The notes beneath the pieces were generated by a model. It was not told the origin of the DNA and did no database searches. It saw only the letters and a list, made by a program, of their open reading frames with translations. A stretch of DNA of 64,000 bases from Methanothrix sp. Its GTDB lineage: Archaea > Halobacteriota > Methanosarcinia > Methanotrichales > Methanotrichaceae. How positions within the stretch are numbered: the first letter of the stretch is position 1; every line of letters begins with the position of its first letter. The stretch is from assembly GCA_026394555.1 (NCBI GenBank), contig JAPKXZ010000052.1, positions 101,376 through 165,375 on the forward strand, read 5' to 3'. A program made the translations under genes and the position numbers. Of the stretch, positions 1-11,338 are shown one piece after another.

Positions 1-475
1 CGCCAAAGCAGCCGATATGACCAAATCCCACATCGTCAAGCACAATGTAGACGACATTGGGTGCCCCTTTTGGTGGCTGGATCTTCTCCGGCCAGCATTC
101 GGTAGAGTCTTTGTAGGTCAAGCCGATCTTCTGGTTGTCGCATTTTGAGCTAATCTCCGAAGAGACGGACTCACCAGATTTATTATTGGCGGCCTGAATA
201 ACCAGAACGGTTTCTTGGGGTGATACGACGTCCTCGTTAACCACATCACCCAGAGTCGAATTCTCCGTTAAGACCTTTCTTCTGTTCGTAACCATTTCCA
301 GGCCTGACTTTTCAAGCGAGCCGTTGCTGGATCGATTCCGATCATCGGCGGCTAGAGTCTTGGCTAACTGGCTATCTGTAGTCGCGAGATGGTCTGATAA
401 GCCCGCAGAATCATCATTATCTGCGGCGAGGCTATCAGAGACAATTATAGCGAATAAAAAAACCAAAAAAGCCAT
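1..475 (-). CDS. sulfatase family protein, N-terminal part (gene continues past the left window edge)
   Basis: Absent from the ORF track because it is truncated. My translation from the ATG at 475-473 reads MAFLVFLFAIIVSDSLAADND... (signal-like), then a low-complexity linker, then ...PPKGAPNVVYIVLDDVGFGHIGCFG. That last stretch is the DDxGxG metal-binding start of the sulfatase fold. Confidence 0.7.
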   Translation of the reverse strand, partial: MAFLVFLFAIIVSDSLAADNDDSAGLSDHLATTDSQLAKTLAADDRNRSSNGSLEKSGLEMVTNRRKVLTENSTLGDVVNEDVVSPQETVLVIQAANNKSGESVSSEISSKCDNQKIGLTYKDSTECWPEKIQPPKGAPNVVYIVLDDVGFGHIGCFG

Positions 476-593
476 TATCAAGCTTGCTCTTTTTGAAATA
501 TGAATACCTCCTCACAACTATATATATCATTATCATATATCACTTTTACTCATGGAAATGAGAAGCAGAGAAAGAAGATGGAAGGTGCATAAA

Positions 594-2960
594 ATGAACA
601 ATATCAGCTTTATTCTTTTGGTAATTTGCATTTCAGCATGGTCCGGCTTGGCGGGCGCTGCAGATGAACTCATCAATTTATCGTCCCAGGCATCCGAATA
701 TGCCGCCGCCGAACAATTCATACCCGTGAATGCAGTTGCATCCATGTTCAATGTCAGCGTAGATCCCAACTGGATACAGGGCACGCAATCGTTCTGGTAT
801 CTGAATACAGGCAGAAATGGCCAGGAGTTCATACTTGTTGACGTCCAGAATAAGACCCGCATGCCTGCATTTAACCATACATTGCTGGCAAGGAGGCTTT
901 CTTCAGCCGTAGGCGAAACAGTTGATCCTGCTCATCTTCCTTTCTCTGAGATCACAATGCATCAGGGAAGTGACAAAATTGGATTCATGGCCTTTAACCG
1001 GACAATGCAGTTCAACATCACCAGCGGCCAGATCGATGAGGTGCCTTCCGGGCAGGAGGCGGGACCTGGGGAGTCTCTTTCTCCTGATGGCAGGTTTGCG
1101 GCATTTGTCCAGGACCACAATCTTTGCATCAGAGATACAAAGACTGGTGAGAAATATCAGTTGACTGCAAACGGATCAAAGGATTATGCCTATGCTGAGC
1201 GCTCGGAGAGCGTATCTCACCCGGTAAGCCAGGCTCGTCTCAATGAGACTCCCATGCCCTATGCCGTCTGGTCTCCTGATTCTCGAAGGATTGCCTCTTT
1301 TTGGATGGACCAGAGAAATGTTACCGCGCTGCATCTTCTCCAATACGTGCCTGGTAACAACTCCAGGCCAACGCTCTGGACCTACAGGTTTGCCATGCCG
1401 GATGATGAGTTCGTGCCCATGTATGAACCAATTGTGGTAGACGTCCTTTTGAAGAAAGTCGTCCCTGTATCCTATAAAGCCCAACCCGAGGTCTCTCTGA
1501 TGGATACGGAAGATGATGTCCTGCAATGGTGGAGTGATGACGGCCAGGTGCTCTACTCGCTTTATGCAAAAAGGGGAGAGAAGGCACTGCAACTCCTGAA
1601 GACCGATCCGGACAACGGCCAAACCGAGAAAATCCTTGAGGAGAGTGGGGAAACCTACGTCGAGGCCAACCTGGATTATGGCAGCACCCCTAACGTTCGG
1701 ATCCTGAAGAACGGAGACGTGGTCTGGTTCTCAGAGAAGGATGGCTACGGCCACCTCTATCTCTATGGTAAAGATGGAAAGCAGAAGAACGCCATAACCT
1801 CAGGCAAATGGGTCGTTAGGAACCTTCTGTACGTGGATGAAAATAGCTCACAGGTCTACTTCGCAGCAGGAGGCAAAGAGCCGGGTCGCGACCCCTACTA
1901 TCGCCATTTATACAAAGTGAATTTGAACGGCAGCAATCTACAGCTCATAACGCCTGAAGATGCAGATCACAACGTTCTGGTTGATCCCAGTGGGACGGCA
2001 TTCATAGACACTTACTCCACAGTGGAAGAGCCTCCTGTGACGGTGGTCAGGGATCTGTTCGGCAACGTAATCCTGACTTTAGAGATAGGAGATATAAAAA
2101 ATATCACCGATATGGGCTGGAAACCACCGGAGAGGTTTCACGTAAAGTCTCTGGATGGCAAGACCGATCTCTACGGCCTGCTCATCAAGCCAACCAACTT
2201 CAACGCCTCCCTAAAATATCCCGTTGTGGAGACCGTTTATCCTGGACCCTGGATTATAGTCACAGCCAAATCCTTCCCCGGAGATCTGGCCTGGGTCAAC
2301 AGGATATTCTGGAGGGCTCAGGCCGTAGCACAGCTCGGATTCATAGTTGTCACATTGGATGGGCCAGGCACACCCTACCGATCCAAGGAATTCCACGATG
2401 CTTCCTATGGCCATCTGGGCGATGCCGGAGGACTGCCGGATCACATCAATGCCCTGTTGCAGTTGGCTGAAGATCGGCCTTACATGGATTTAAGCAGAGT
2501 GGGAATGTTCGGCCACTCGGCAGGTGGATTTATGACCGCTCAGGCTCTGCTCACCTATCCTGACTTTTACAAGGTAGGTGTAGCCTCAGGCGGAGACTAT
2601 GATAGCCGCTTTTACGGGGCTTATTGGGGCGAGAAGTACGAGGGTCTGAAATCGGATTATAAGGAGCAGCTAACATCTCTAAAGGCCGGCAACCTGACCG
2701 GCAAGCTGCTGCTCATCGCTGGAGATGCAGATGACAACGTTAATCCCTGCATGACAATGCAACTTGTCAACGCTTTCATAGACGCTGACAGGCCATTCGA
2801 CCTGCTGATCATGACTAACAGGAACCACGATCTCAGTTACGATACTTACTATCTGCATCGCCTCTTCGGCTACTTCGAAGAGAACCTGAAAAAACATGGG
2901 CAGCCAGAGCAGGCTGCTCTTTCCTCTATTTTATCCGGCCATGCTGAGGCATCAGCCTAA
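594..2960 (+). CDS. secreted S9-family serine peptidase, dipeptidyl-peptidase IV-like
   Basis: ORF 552..2960. The likely start is M15 (594), giving the signal peptide MNNISFILLVICISAWSGLAGA. The long N-terminal half is propeller-type. The C-terminal half is alpha/beta-hydrolase with nucleophile elbow GHSAGG and later GDADDNV / NRNHDL as acid and His candidates. Confidence 0.8.
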   Translation: MNNISFILLVICISAWSGLAGAADELINLSSQASEYAAAEQFIPVNAVASMFNVSVDPNWIQGTQSFWYLNTGRNGQEFILVDVQNKTRMPAFNHTLLARRLSSAVGETVDPAHLPFSEITMHQGSDKIGFMAFNRTMQFNITSGQIDEVPSGQEAGPGESLSPDGRFAAFVQDHNLCIRDTKTGEKYQLTANGSKDYAYAERSESVSHPVSQARLNETPMPYAVWSPDSRRIASFWMDQRNVTALHLLQYVPGNNSRPTLWTYRFAMPDDEFVPMYEPIVVDVLLKKVVPVSYKAQPEVSLMDTEDDVLQWWSDDGQVLYSLYAKRGEKALQLLKTDPDNGQTEKILEESGETYVEANLDYGSTPNVRILKNGDVVWFSEKDGYGHLYLYGKDGKQKNAITSGKWVVRNLLYVDENSSQVYFAAGGKEPGRDPYYRHLYKVNLNGSNLQLITPEDADHNVLVDPSGTAFIDTYSTVEEPPVTVVRDLFGNVILTLEIGDIKNITDMGWKPPERFHVKSLDGKTDLYGLLIKPTNFNASLKYPVVETVYPGPWIIVTAKSFPGDLAWVNRIFWRAQAVAQLGFIVVTLDGPGTPYRSKEFHDASYGHLGDAGGLPDHINALLQLAEDRPYMDLSRVGMFGHSAGGFMTAQALLTYPDFYKVGVASGGDYDSRFYGAYWGEKYEGLKSDYKEQLTSLKAGNLTGKLLLIAGDADDNVNPCMTMQLVNAFIDADRPFDLLIMTNRNHDLSYDTYYLHRLFGYFEENLKKHGQPEQAALSSILSGHAEASA

Positions 2961-3042
2961 CAGCGTTGAAAGTGCTTGTTTTTGACACTTATTTCTACCG
3001 CTTCCAACATCATTCGCTGAGAAGAATCAATCGTAGCAAAGC

Positions 3043-3567
3043 TTGGGAAAGTATTTATACCAATTATCAAATCACCGAATGATGGATCTATCTGTCATAA
3101 ATGAAAAGACATTAGAGCAGGCGGGGATTGTAGCAAACTTCTTTGCGGGCATCCTTTTGGCAATTGAATATTTTGTATTAAGAGACAGAATTGACCAGAT
3201 AAACGATCTCTTGGAGCTTCACATATCGAAAGCCTACAGCAAGTCCTTGAAATTAGTCAAGGTCTATGCAAAATGGAATAGAATGATAATTATTACTATT
3301 ATTACCGTGATTATTTTTATAGCTATTTATCAAACTATATCTTACCATAATGCTTTGGTGAGGGACTATTTCATATACTATTACAGCCTGGTAAAACCCA
3401 TTCTTATACCTCTACGCAGGATACTTCTTGCCTCTCTCGGTGTGATATCTATTATGTTCGTTATTTTATTTATCACCCATTCTACTCCAAAGAAAACCCT
3501 TGGTGCCTTGGGAATATTGCTCTATATCGTAGGTAATATATTGCTGTTTCTTCACACCCTTTTATAG
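3043..3567 (+). CDS. hypothetical multi-pass membrane protein (orphan)
   Basis: 174-aa ORF with a TTG start and several hydrophobic helices. No recognisable motif. Visibly AT-rich relative to the flanking genes. Confidence 0.4.
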   Translation: MGKYLYQLSNHRMMDLSVINEKTLEQAGIVANFFAGILLAIEYFVLRDRIDQINDLLELHISKAYSKSLKLVKVYAKWNRMIIITIITVIIFIAIYQTISYHNALVRDYFIYYYSLVKPILIPLRRILLASLGVISIMFVILFITHSTPKKTLGALGILLYIVGNILLFLHTLL

Positions 3568-3618
3568 AGTGCTGGCGTCGGAAATCCGGCTAATCTGGAG
3601 GGCTAACCTTTTCTCTTT

Positions 3619-4905
3619 TCATCCAGCCTTGCCGTGGCATTTCTTATACTTTAGGCCGCTGCCGCATGGGCAGGGATCGTTTCTTGCCGGCTTAACAATC
3701 ATTTGTGAGATTTGACCGTTTTTCATGTAGTTCATAATATTGGCAGGAGCCTTGCCCTGGCGAAGTTCATGGGCCATAAACCGCATAGGCCCATCGATGT
3801 GCCTGAAGAACTCCTTGTAACCCGCACACAGATAATTGAGACCGTTTTCACCGTCTGAAGTTTTGATGAAACGGTTCTTGGGGCATTCGCCGTTGCAGAC
3901 GAAGCAGACCTCACACCGGCGGCAGTATGCGGGCAGGGTATCGAGTTTGTCCTGGCCAAACTTTCGCTGCTTACGCGAGCCGGCTAACTGGGCCATGTTC
4001 CTCTCGTTAATATTGCCCAGTAGGTGCTTGGGCTCCACAAAATGATCGCACGAGTACATATCTCCATTGTGCTCCATAGCCATGGCGGTTCCGCAGGTCG
4101 GAGAGAAGGCACAGATTCCGGGAGGTACTCCTGACCAGGCAGCCAGAGCTACATCGAAGATCTGCACATAGGTCCGTCCTACATCCTTTCGAACCCATTC
4201 ATCGAAGACTGAGATCAAGAAGCGGCCATACTGCTCGGCCTTCACGGAACGATCCGTAACCTTATCGCCTTCTTGAAAGCCTGTTTCATTATCTCTTTCT
4301 ACAATGGGAATAAATTGAATGAAATTCGCCTTGACTTCATCTCTAAGAAAGCGGTAAACCTCTAAGGGATAATCGGCATTGGCGGCATGAACTGTGGTCA
4401 GGATATTATAGTCCACCTTATGTTTTCGCATGAGACGGGCCGCTTTCATTACCCGATCAAAGGTAGGGTTGCCGGCTTTATCTACCCGGTAGGCATCGTG
4501 AAGATCTCTCGGTCCGTCCAGGCTAAGGCCGATGAGGAAGTTGTTATTATGGAAGAATTTGCACCATTCATCGTCAAGAAGGGTACCATTGGTCTGCATG
4601 GTATTCTGGATGATCATTTTCGGGCGTTTATACTTCTGCTGGTATTGGATTGACCTTTGGAAAAAGTCCAGGCCCATCAGAGTCGGCTCTCCACCCTGCC
4701 AGGCAATGGTCACCTGTGGAATATGCTGGGCCTCAATGTACTGGCGGATATAGGTCTCCAAAAGCTCATCCGACATTCTGAAATTGCTGCCCGGATATAG
4801 ATCCTTCTTGGATAGAAAGAAGCAGTACTTACAGCCTAAATTGCACAATGCACCCGTGGGTTTGGCCAGAAGATGAAAACCAGACAGTGCGTCCGCCTTG
4901 CTCAT
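3619..4905 (-). CDS. anaerobic sulfatase-maturating enzyme (radical SAM/SPASM) with C-terminal SEC-C motif
   Basis: Radical-SAM motif CNLGCKYC near the N-terminus, plus GGEPTL. The Cys-rich SPASM-type half includes CAFSPTCG, CDHF and CRRCEVCFVCNGECPKNR. It sits between sulfatase genes. The tail is DPCPCGSGLKYKKCHG. Confidence 0.85.
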   Translation of the reverse strand: MSKADALSGFHLLAKPTGALCNLGCKYCFFLSKKDLYPGSNFRMSDELLETYIRQYIEAQHIPQVTIAWQGGEPTLMGLDFFQRSIQYQQKYKRPKMIIQNTMQTNGTLLDDEWCKFFHNNNFLIGLSLDGPRDLHDAYRVDKAGNPTFDRVMKAARLMRKHKVDYNILTTVHAANADYPLEVYRFLRDEVKANFIQFIPIVERDNETGFQEGDKVTDRSVKAEQYGRFLISVFDEWVRKDVGRTYVQIFDVALAAWSGVPPGICAFSPTCGTAMAMEHNGDMYSCDHFVEPKHLLGNINERNMAQLAGSRKQRKFGQDKLDTLPAYCRRCEVCFVCNGECPKNRFIKTSDGENGLNYLCAGYKEFFRHIDGPMRFMAHELRQGKAPANIMNYMKNGQISQMIVKPARNDPCPCGSGLKYKKCHGKAG

Positions 4906-4982
4906 TGAGCGTTGTTATCTCTTCGGGGTTAATTAAACTATCTTTGCGAAAAAAATAAAAATTGAGACGTTTTTGGTCTTAA

Positions 4983-6581
4983 TCAGCTTGCGCCTCCCAC
5001 AATTGGATATGCCCGCGATGGCGTATTCGGATATTTTCTCATGCTGGCCACAAGCCCTCGATAGATCTTTTGGTATGCAGTTATTACGAAATCGTGCTCG
5101 CCTGCAATATTATGCTGCTCACCTGGATCTATTTCAATGTTGTAGACAGCCGGAATCTGGCCATAATCGCTTTTCGGTCCCTGGAAGGAGTCGTAGGCAA
5201 CCCGGTGAATCTTGAACTGATGCCAGCGTACGGCTGCAGGTGATGTCTCAGCTGCACTCTCAGTTCCCATGTACCACACGGCCCATTCTCGGCTGGAATT
5301 ATTCTGTCTTCCCAGCAGGAAATCCGATTGATCTATGCCGTCAATGGGCCTATCCGTGGGGATCTTTCCACCACCTAGCTTTGTAAAGGTGCTGAAGAGA
5401 TCCATGAGACACACAATCTCGTTGGATGTCCTTCCAGCCTCGATATAGCCCGGCCACCATAATAGGCAGGGAATGCGCACGCCGCCTTCATAGGCAGTAC
5501 CTATTCCGCCCCTAAATGGCGAGTAGCCGGCATCAGGCCATTGATCAAGTGTTGGTCCGTTATCGCTTGTGAAAACCACGACCGTGTTATTGTCTTTCCC
5601 TGTGTCACGAAGCGCATCCAGAACCTGGCCGATATGATAATCGGTCTCCATTACCGCATCGCCATATGGACCCTTGCTGGACTTTCCGGCAAATTTCGGG
5701 TTGGGAACACTGGGGAAGTGCGTGCGTACTAAGGGAAGGTAAATGAAGAAGGGCTTTGTGGAGTTTGACTGATTATCGATGTATGCAATTGCTTTGTTTA
5801 CGCACTGCTCATCGACAAATGCCAAAGAAGTCAGGTTTAATGGTGACACGAGTTTGAGGTCACCGTCTTTCTTGGCTTCCACCAATCCATAATACGGATC
5901 CGGCGATTCCCAATTAGGATCGTAGCCGATGCGTTCTCGGAGACTATAGGTGTTTAGGTGATATAGTGTGCCAAAGAATTCATCGAAACCCAACTTTTGA
6001 GGCATACTCTCATTGACATCTCCCAAATGCCACTTGCCAAACATGGCCGTGTTATAGCCGGCATCAGATAGCACATTCGCGAGTGTAATTTCCTCAGGAG
6101 ATATGCCGGCCTTAGAGCCTGCAGCCGAGGCCAAGGTCATGCCCGTTCGGATGGGGAGCCTTCCGGTTAGCATTGCCGCCCTGGTCGGTGTGCATTGCGT
6201 CTCCGAGTAACAGGAAGTCAGCTTAAGGCCTTCTTTGGCCATCTGATCCATCCTTGGTGTCGGTGCACCTAATACATCGCCGCCACCGTAGCAGCCAGGG
6301 TCCATATATCCCATATTATCGGCCAATATTATTATGATATTTGGCCGGGGAGCCGGCATGACATCCTCATGGAGAACCTGGCTAAGGCTTGAATTGTTGG
6401 ACAAAGCATTTTTCCTGTTCGTTAAAACTTCTGCCCCTGGATTCTCTGGTGTTATCTGGTCAGCACCATACCCTTTCAGATCAAATGGTATGGGTGACAG
6501 ACCAGTGTTACCCGAATCGAGGCTGCTGGCAATTGAAATTAAAAAAAATCCTGCAATTACCAATATAAAACCTTTATTCAT
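4983..6581 (-). CDS. arylsulfatase (Cys-type, formylglycine-dependent), secreted/anchored
   Basis: N-terminal hydrophobic segment MNKGFILVIAGFFLISIASS. Motifs IIIILADNMGYMDPGCYGG, the formylglycine signature CTPTRAAMLTGR, and GKWHLG. Confidence 0.9.
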   Translation of the reverse strand: MNKGFILVIAGFFLISIASSLDSGNTGLSPIPFDLKGYGADQITPENPGAEVLTNRKNALSNNSSLSQVLHEDVMPAPRPNIIIILADNMGYMDPGCYGGGDVLGAPTPRMDQMAKEGLKLTSCYSETQCTPTRAAMLTGRLPIRTGMTLASAAGSKAGISPEEITLANVLSDAGYNTAMFGKWHLGDVNESMPQKLGFDEFFGTLYHLNTYSLRERIGYDPNWESPDPYYGLVEAKKDGDLKLVSPLNLTSLAFVDEQCVNKAIAYIDNQSNSTKPFFIYLPLVRTHFPSVPNPKFAGKSSKGPYGDAVMETDYHIGQVLDALRDTGKDNNTVVVFTSDNGPTLDQWPDAGYSPFRGGIGTAYEGGVRIPCLLWWPGYIEAGRTSNEIVCLMDLFSTFTKLGGGKIPTDRPIDGIDQSDFLLGRQNNSSREWAVWYMGTESAAETSPAAVRWHQFKIHRVAYDSFQGPKSDYGQIPAVYNIEIDPGEQHNIAGEHDFVITAYQKIYRGLVASMRKYPNTPSRAYPIVGGAS

Positions 6582-6713
6582 GGTTTTAAATCCTCCACAA
6601 TATGATGGACATTCGTTGTATATTACATTACCCCCGATTTACGGATGCATTCCATTCAACACAAGGATATTTTGGGCTAAGGATTTTATATTCACAGCAC
6701 CAACATCTAACGT

Positions 6714-8114
6714 ATGATAAATAAAGCATTTTTTGAAGAAAAAAAAGGCGTTAAGATTCTGCATATAAAAGGCAATCCATACGAAATTGGCTATCAGCAC
6801 GGCTATCTATTAGCAAATAAAATTGATTTAATGATAAAAAGAACGCTTCTAGCGACCGCCGCTTATGTCGCCCAGCAGACCGGATCGGATCTTGAAATGG
6901 CAGAAGAAATGATATGGATTGGCCAGAAAAAAGCCGAACCGTTTGTCCCGAAGGAATTTAAAGACGAAATGAGGGGAATTGCCGATGGTGCAAATGACGC
7001 CGGAGTAGATGTGACTTTAAAGCAGATCTTGCTCTGGAATACAAACTATGATCAATGGTGCATCTATTGTCATCCCCATTACTGGCAATGCATAGGTAAG
7101 ACAAATACAGATAGTAATGGGCAAATGCATTCTCCATCCGGAGGCTGTAGCAGCTTTTGTGCCTGGGATGAATGGGCCGGAGAAAACGGGAAACTGATCT
7201 TTGGAAAAAATGAAGATAATTTCAATATGCCGGAACAACTGGATAATCGTATGATGGTCATAGCCGACCCAGATGACGGATTTGGCCATGCATTCATGAC
7301 CTATCCTGGGATGATTGGGCTTGATGGCGGTGTAAATGAGGACGGACTTGGGATGATGACGCAGTTGAATTCCATGCAAAACGAAAGCATGGAAGGCTGT
7401 GGCATTGCCATATTCACTCGATATTTGCTGACCCATGCAAGCACGGTAGATGATGCCATAAAGATTTTTCGAGAAACGCCGCGTTGTGCCGGCATTGCAT
7501 ATCATGTAGTAGATGCCAAAGCTAAAAAGGCTGCCGTAGTAGAAACGTCTTCCAAGATGGTCTCTGTTCGTTATCCCATGCCCAATGTCAAAGCGCTGTG
7601 GCAAACTAATCATTCCAATTGCTATCCTGGCTGGATGGGCTATTCAGGATACAATATGGTAGCTGATCAGGTTATGGTCAATGAACTCAAGGATATTTCA
7701 ACGATCGAGAAATGGCAGAACAGTCTTTTGGATCCTTACAACTTTTACGTTCAAGCTCCTAGCCGCTTTGAAAGATATGGACAGTTAATACAGGAGTACT
7801 ATGGCCAAATAACCGTGGAAAATGCCATAAAAATATTAAGTGATTGCTATGATCCTTATACGAAGATGACCCGTCAAAGGAGTTTTCCCTCGTGGACAAA
7901 CAATATACTCTGCTCGATATGTGCTCTATATCCAGATTTCGCTTATCAAGCAAAAGAGCCTTTGGGCGAGTTTAAGGCTCATGTCGCCAATATGTGGAGT
8001 TTTATTGCTTATCCAAAAACCGGTGATCTCTGGTTGGCAATAAAGGATTTCCCTGCGCAGTATGGCGGATATGAATATTTCAACTTGAAAGAGCTACTGA
8101 GCTTTTTGCGTTGA
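6714..8114 (+). CDS. C45-family Ntn-hydrolase (acyl-CoA:6-APA acyltransferase / carcinine hydrolase-like peptidase)
   Basis: 466-aa ORF. The GGCSSFCAW motif resembles the autoprocessed nucleophile Cys of peptidase family C45, and the N-terminal pro-region begins GNPYEIGYQHG. Assigned from motif memory only. Confidence 0.55.
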   Translation: MINKAFFEEKKGVKILHIKGNPYEIGYQHGYLLANKIDLMIKRTLLATAAYVAQQTGSDLEMAEEMIWIGQKKAEPFVPKEFKDEMRGIADGANDAGVDVTLKQILLWNTNYDQWCIYCHPHYWQCIGKTNTDSNGQMHSPSGGCSSFCAWDEWAGENGKLIFGKNEDNFNMPEQLDNRMMVIADPDDGFGHAFMTYPGMIGLDGGVNEDGLGMMTQLNSMQNESMEGCGIAIFTRYLLTHASTVDDAIKIFRETPRCAGIAYHVVDAKAKKAAVVETSSKMVSVRYPMPNVKALWQTNHSNCYPGWMGYSGYNMVADQVMVNELKDISTIEKWQNSLLDPYNFYVQAPSRFERYGQLIQEYYGQITVENAIKILSDCYDPYTKMTRQRSFPSWTNNILCSICALYPDFAYQAKEPLGEFKAHVANMWSFIAYPKTGDLWLAIKDFPAQYGGYEYFNLKELLSFLR

Positions 8115-8293
8115 CGCAATATCTGAGCACTATACCGAAGAAATCAGGAGCAAAGCTAGGCGTTGCGGGCCTTGTGGCACTATGCACTTCATTGCTCAAG
8201 AAGAGCATTCGTGGCGGCTTAATCATAGTCGGCGAAATCGCACTTGGAGGATAAATTGAACCCATCCATAACCCGGTAACTGAAAAGGATTAA
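8111..8293 (+). pseudogene. orphan fragment resembling the C-terminal part of a Lon/S16-type protease domain, interrupted by a stop
   Basis: My translation is ...[51 protein letters not shown], with the TAA at 8252-8254. No upstream remainder of such a gene exists, because the fragment starts on top of the preceding gene's stop. Confidence 0.3.
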
Positions 8294-8352
8294 GTCCTTC
8301 CTCCGCCCCATTAGCAGATCGTTCGACCATAAAGATCAGTGAGATAAGCGAA

Positions 8353-11244
<2,892 letters not shown>

Positions 11245-11260
11245 CTCTGGCAGGCATTCG

Positions 11261-11319
11261 TCTTTTTTAAAAAGGATTTGGATAAAAAAATGAAAATGTT
11301 TGCAGGTTTTATGCCTGCA
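11261..11319. terminator. oligo-T tract plus short hairpin between convergent uvrA and TPR genes
   Basis: T-run tcttttttaa at 11261-11270. Hairpin tgcagg-ttttatg-cctgca at 11301-11319. Archaeal termination typically uses oligo-T. Confidence 0.35.
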
Positions 11320-11338
11320 ATGAATTTTGGGTTCTATC

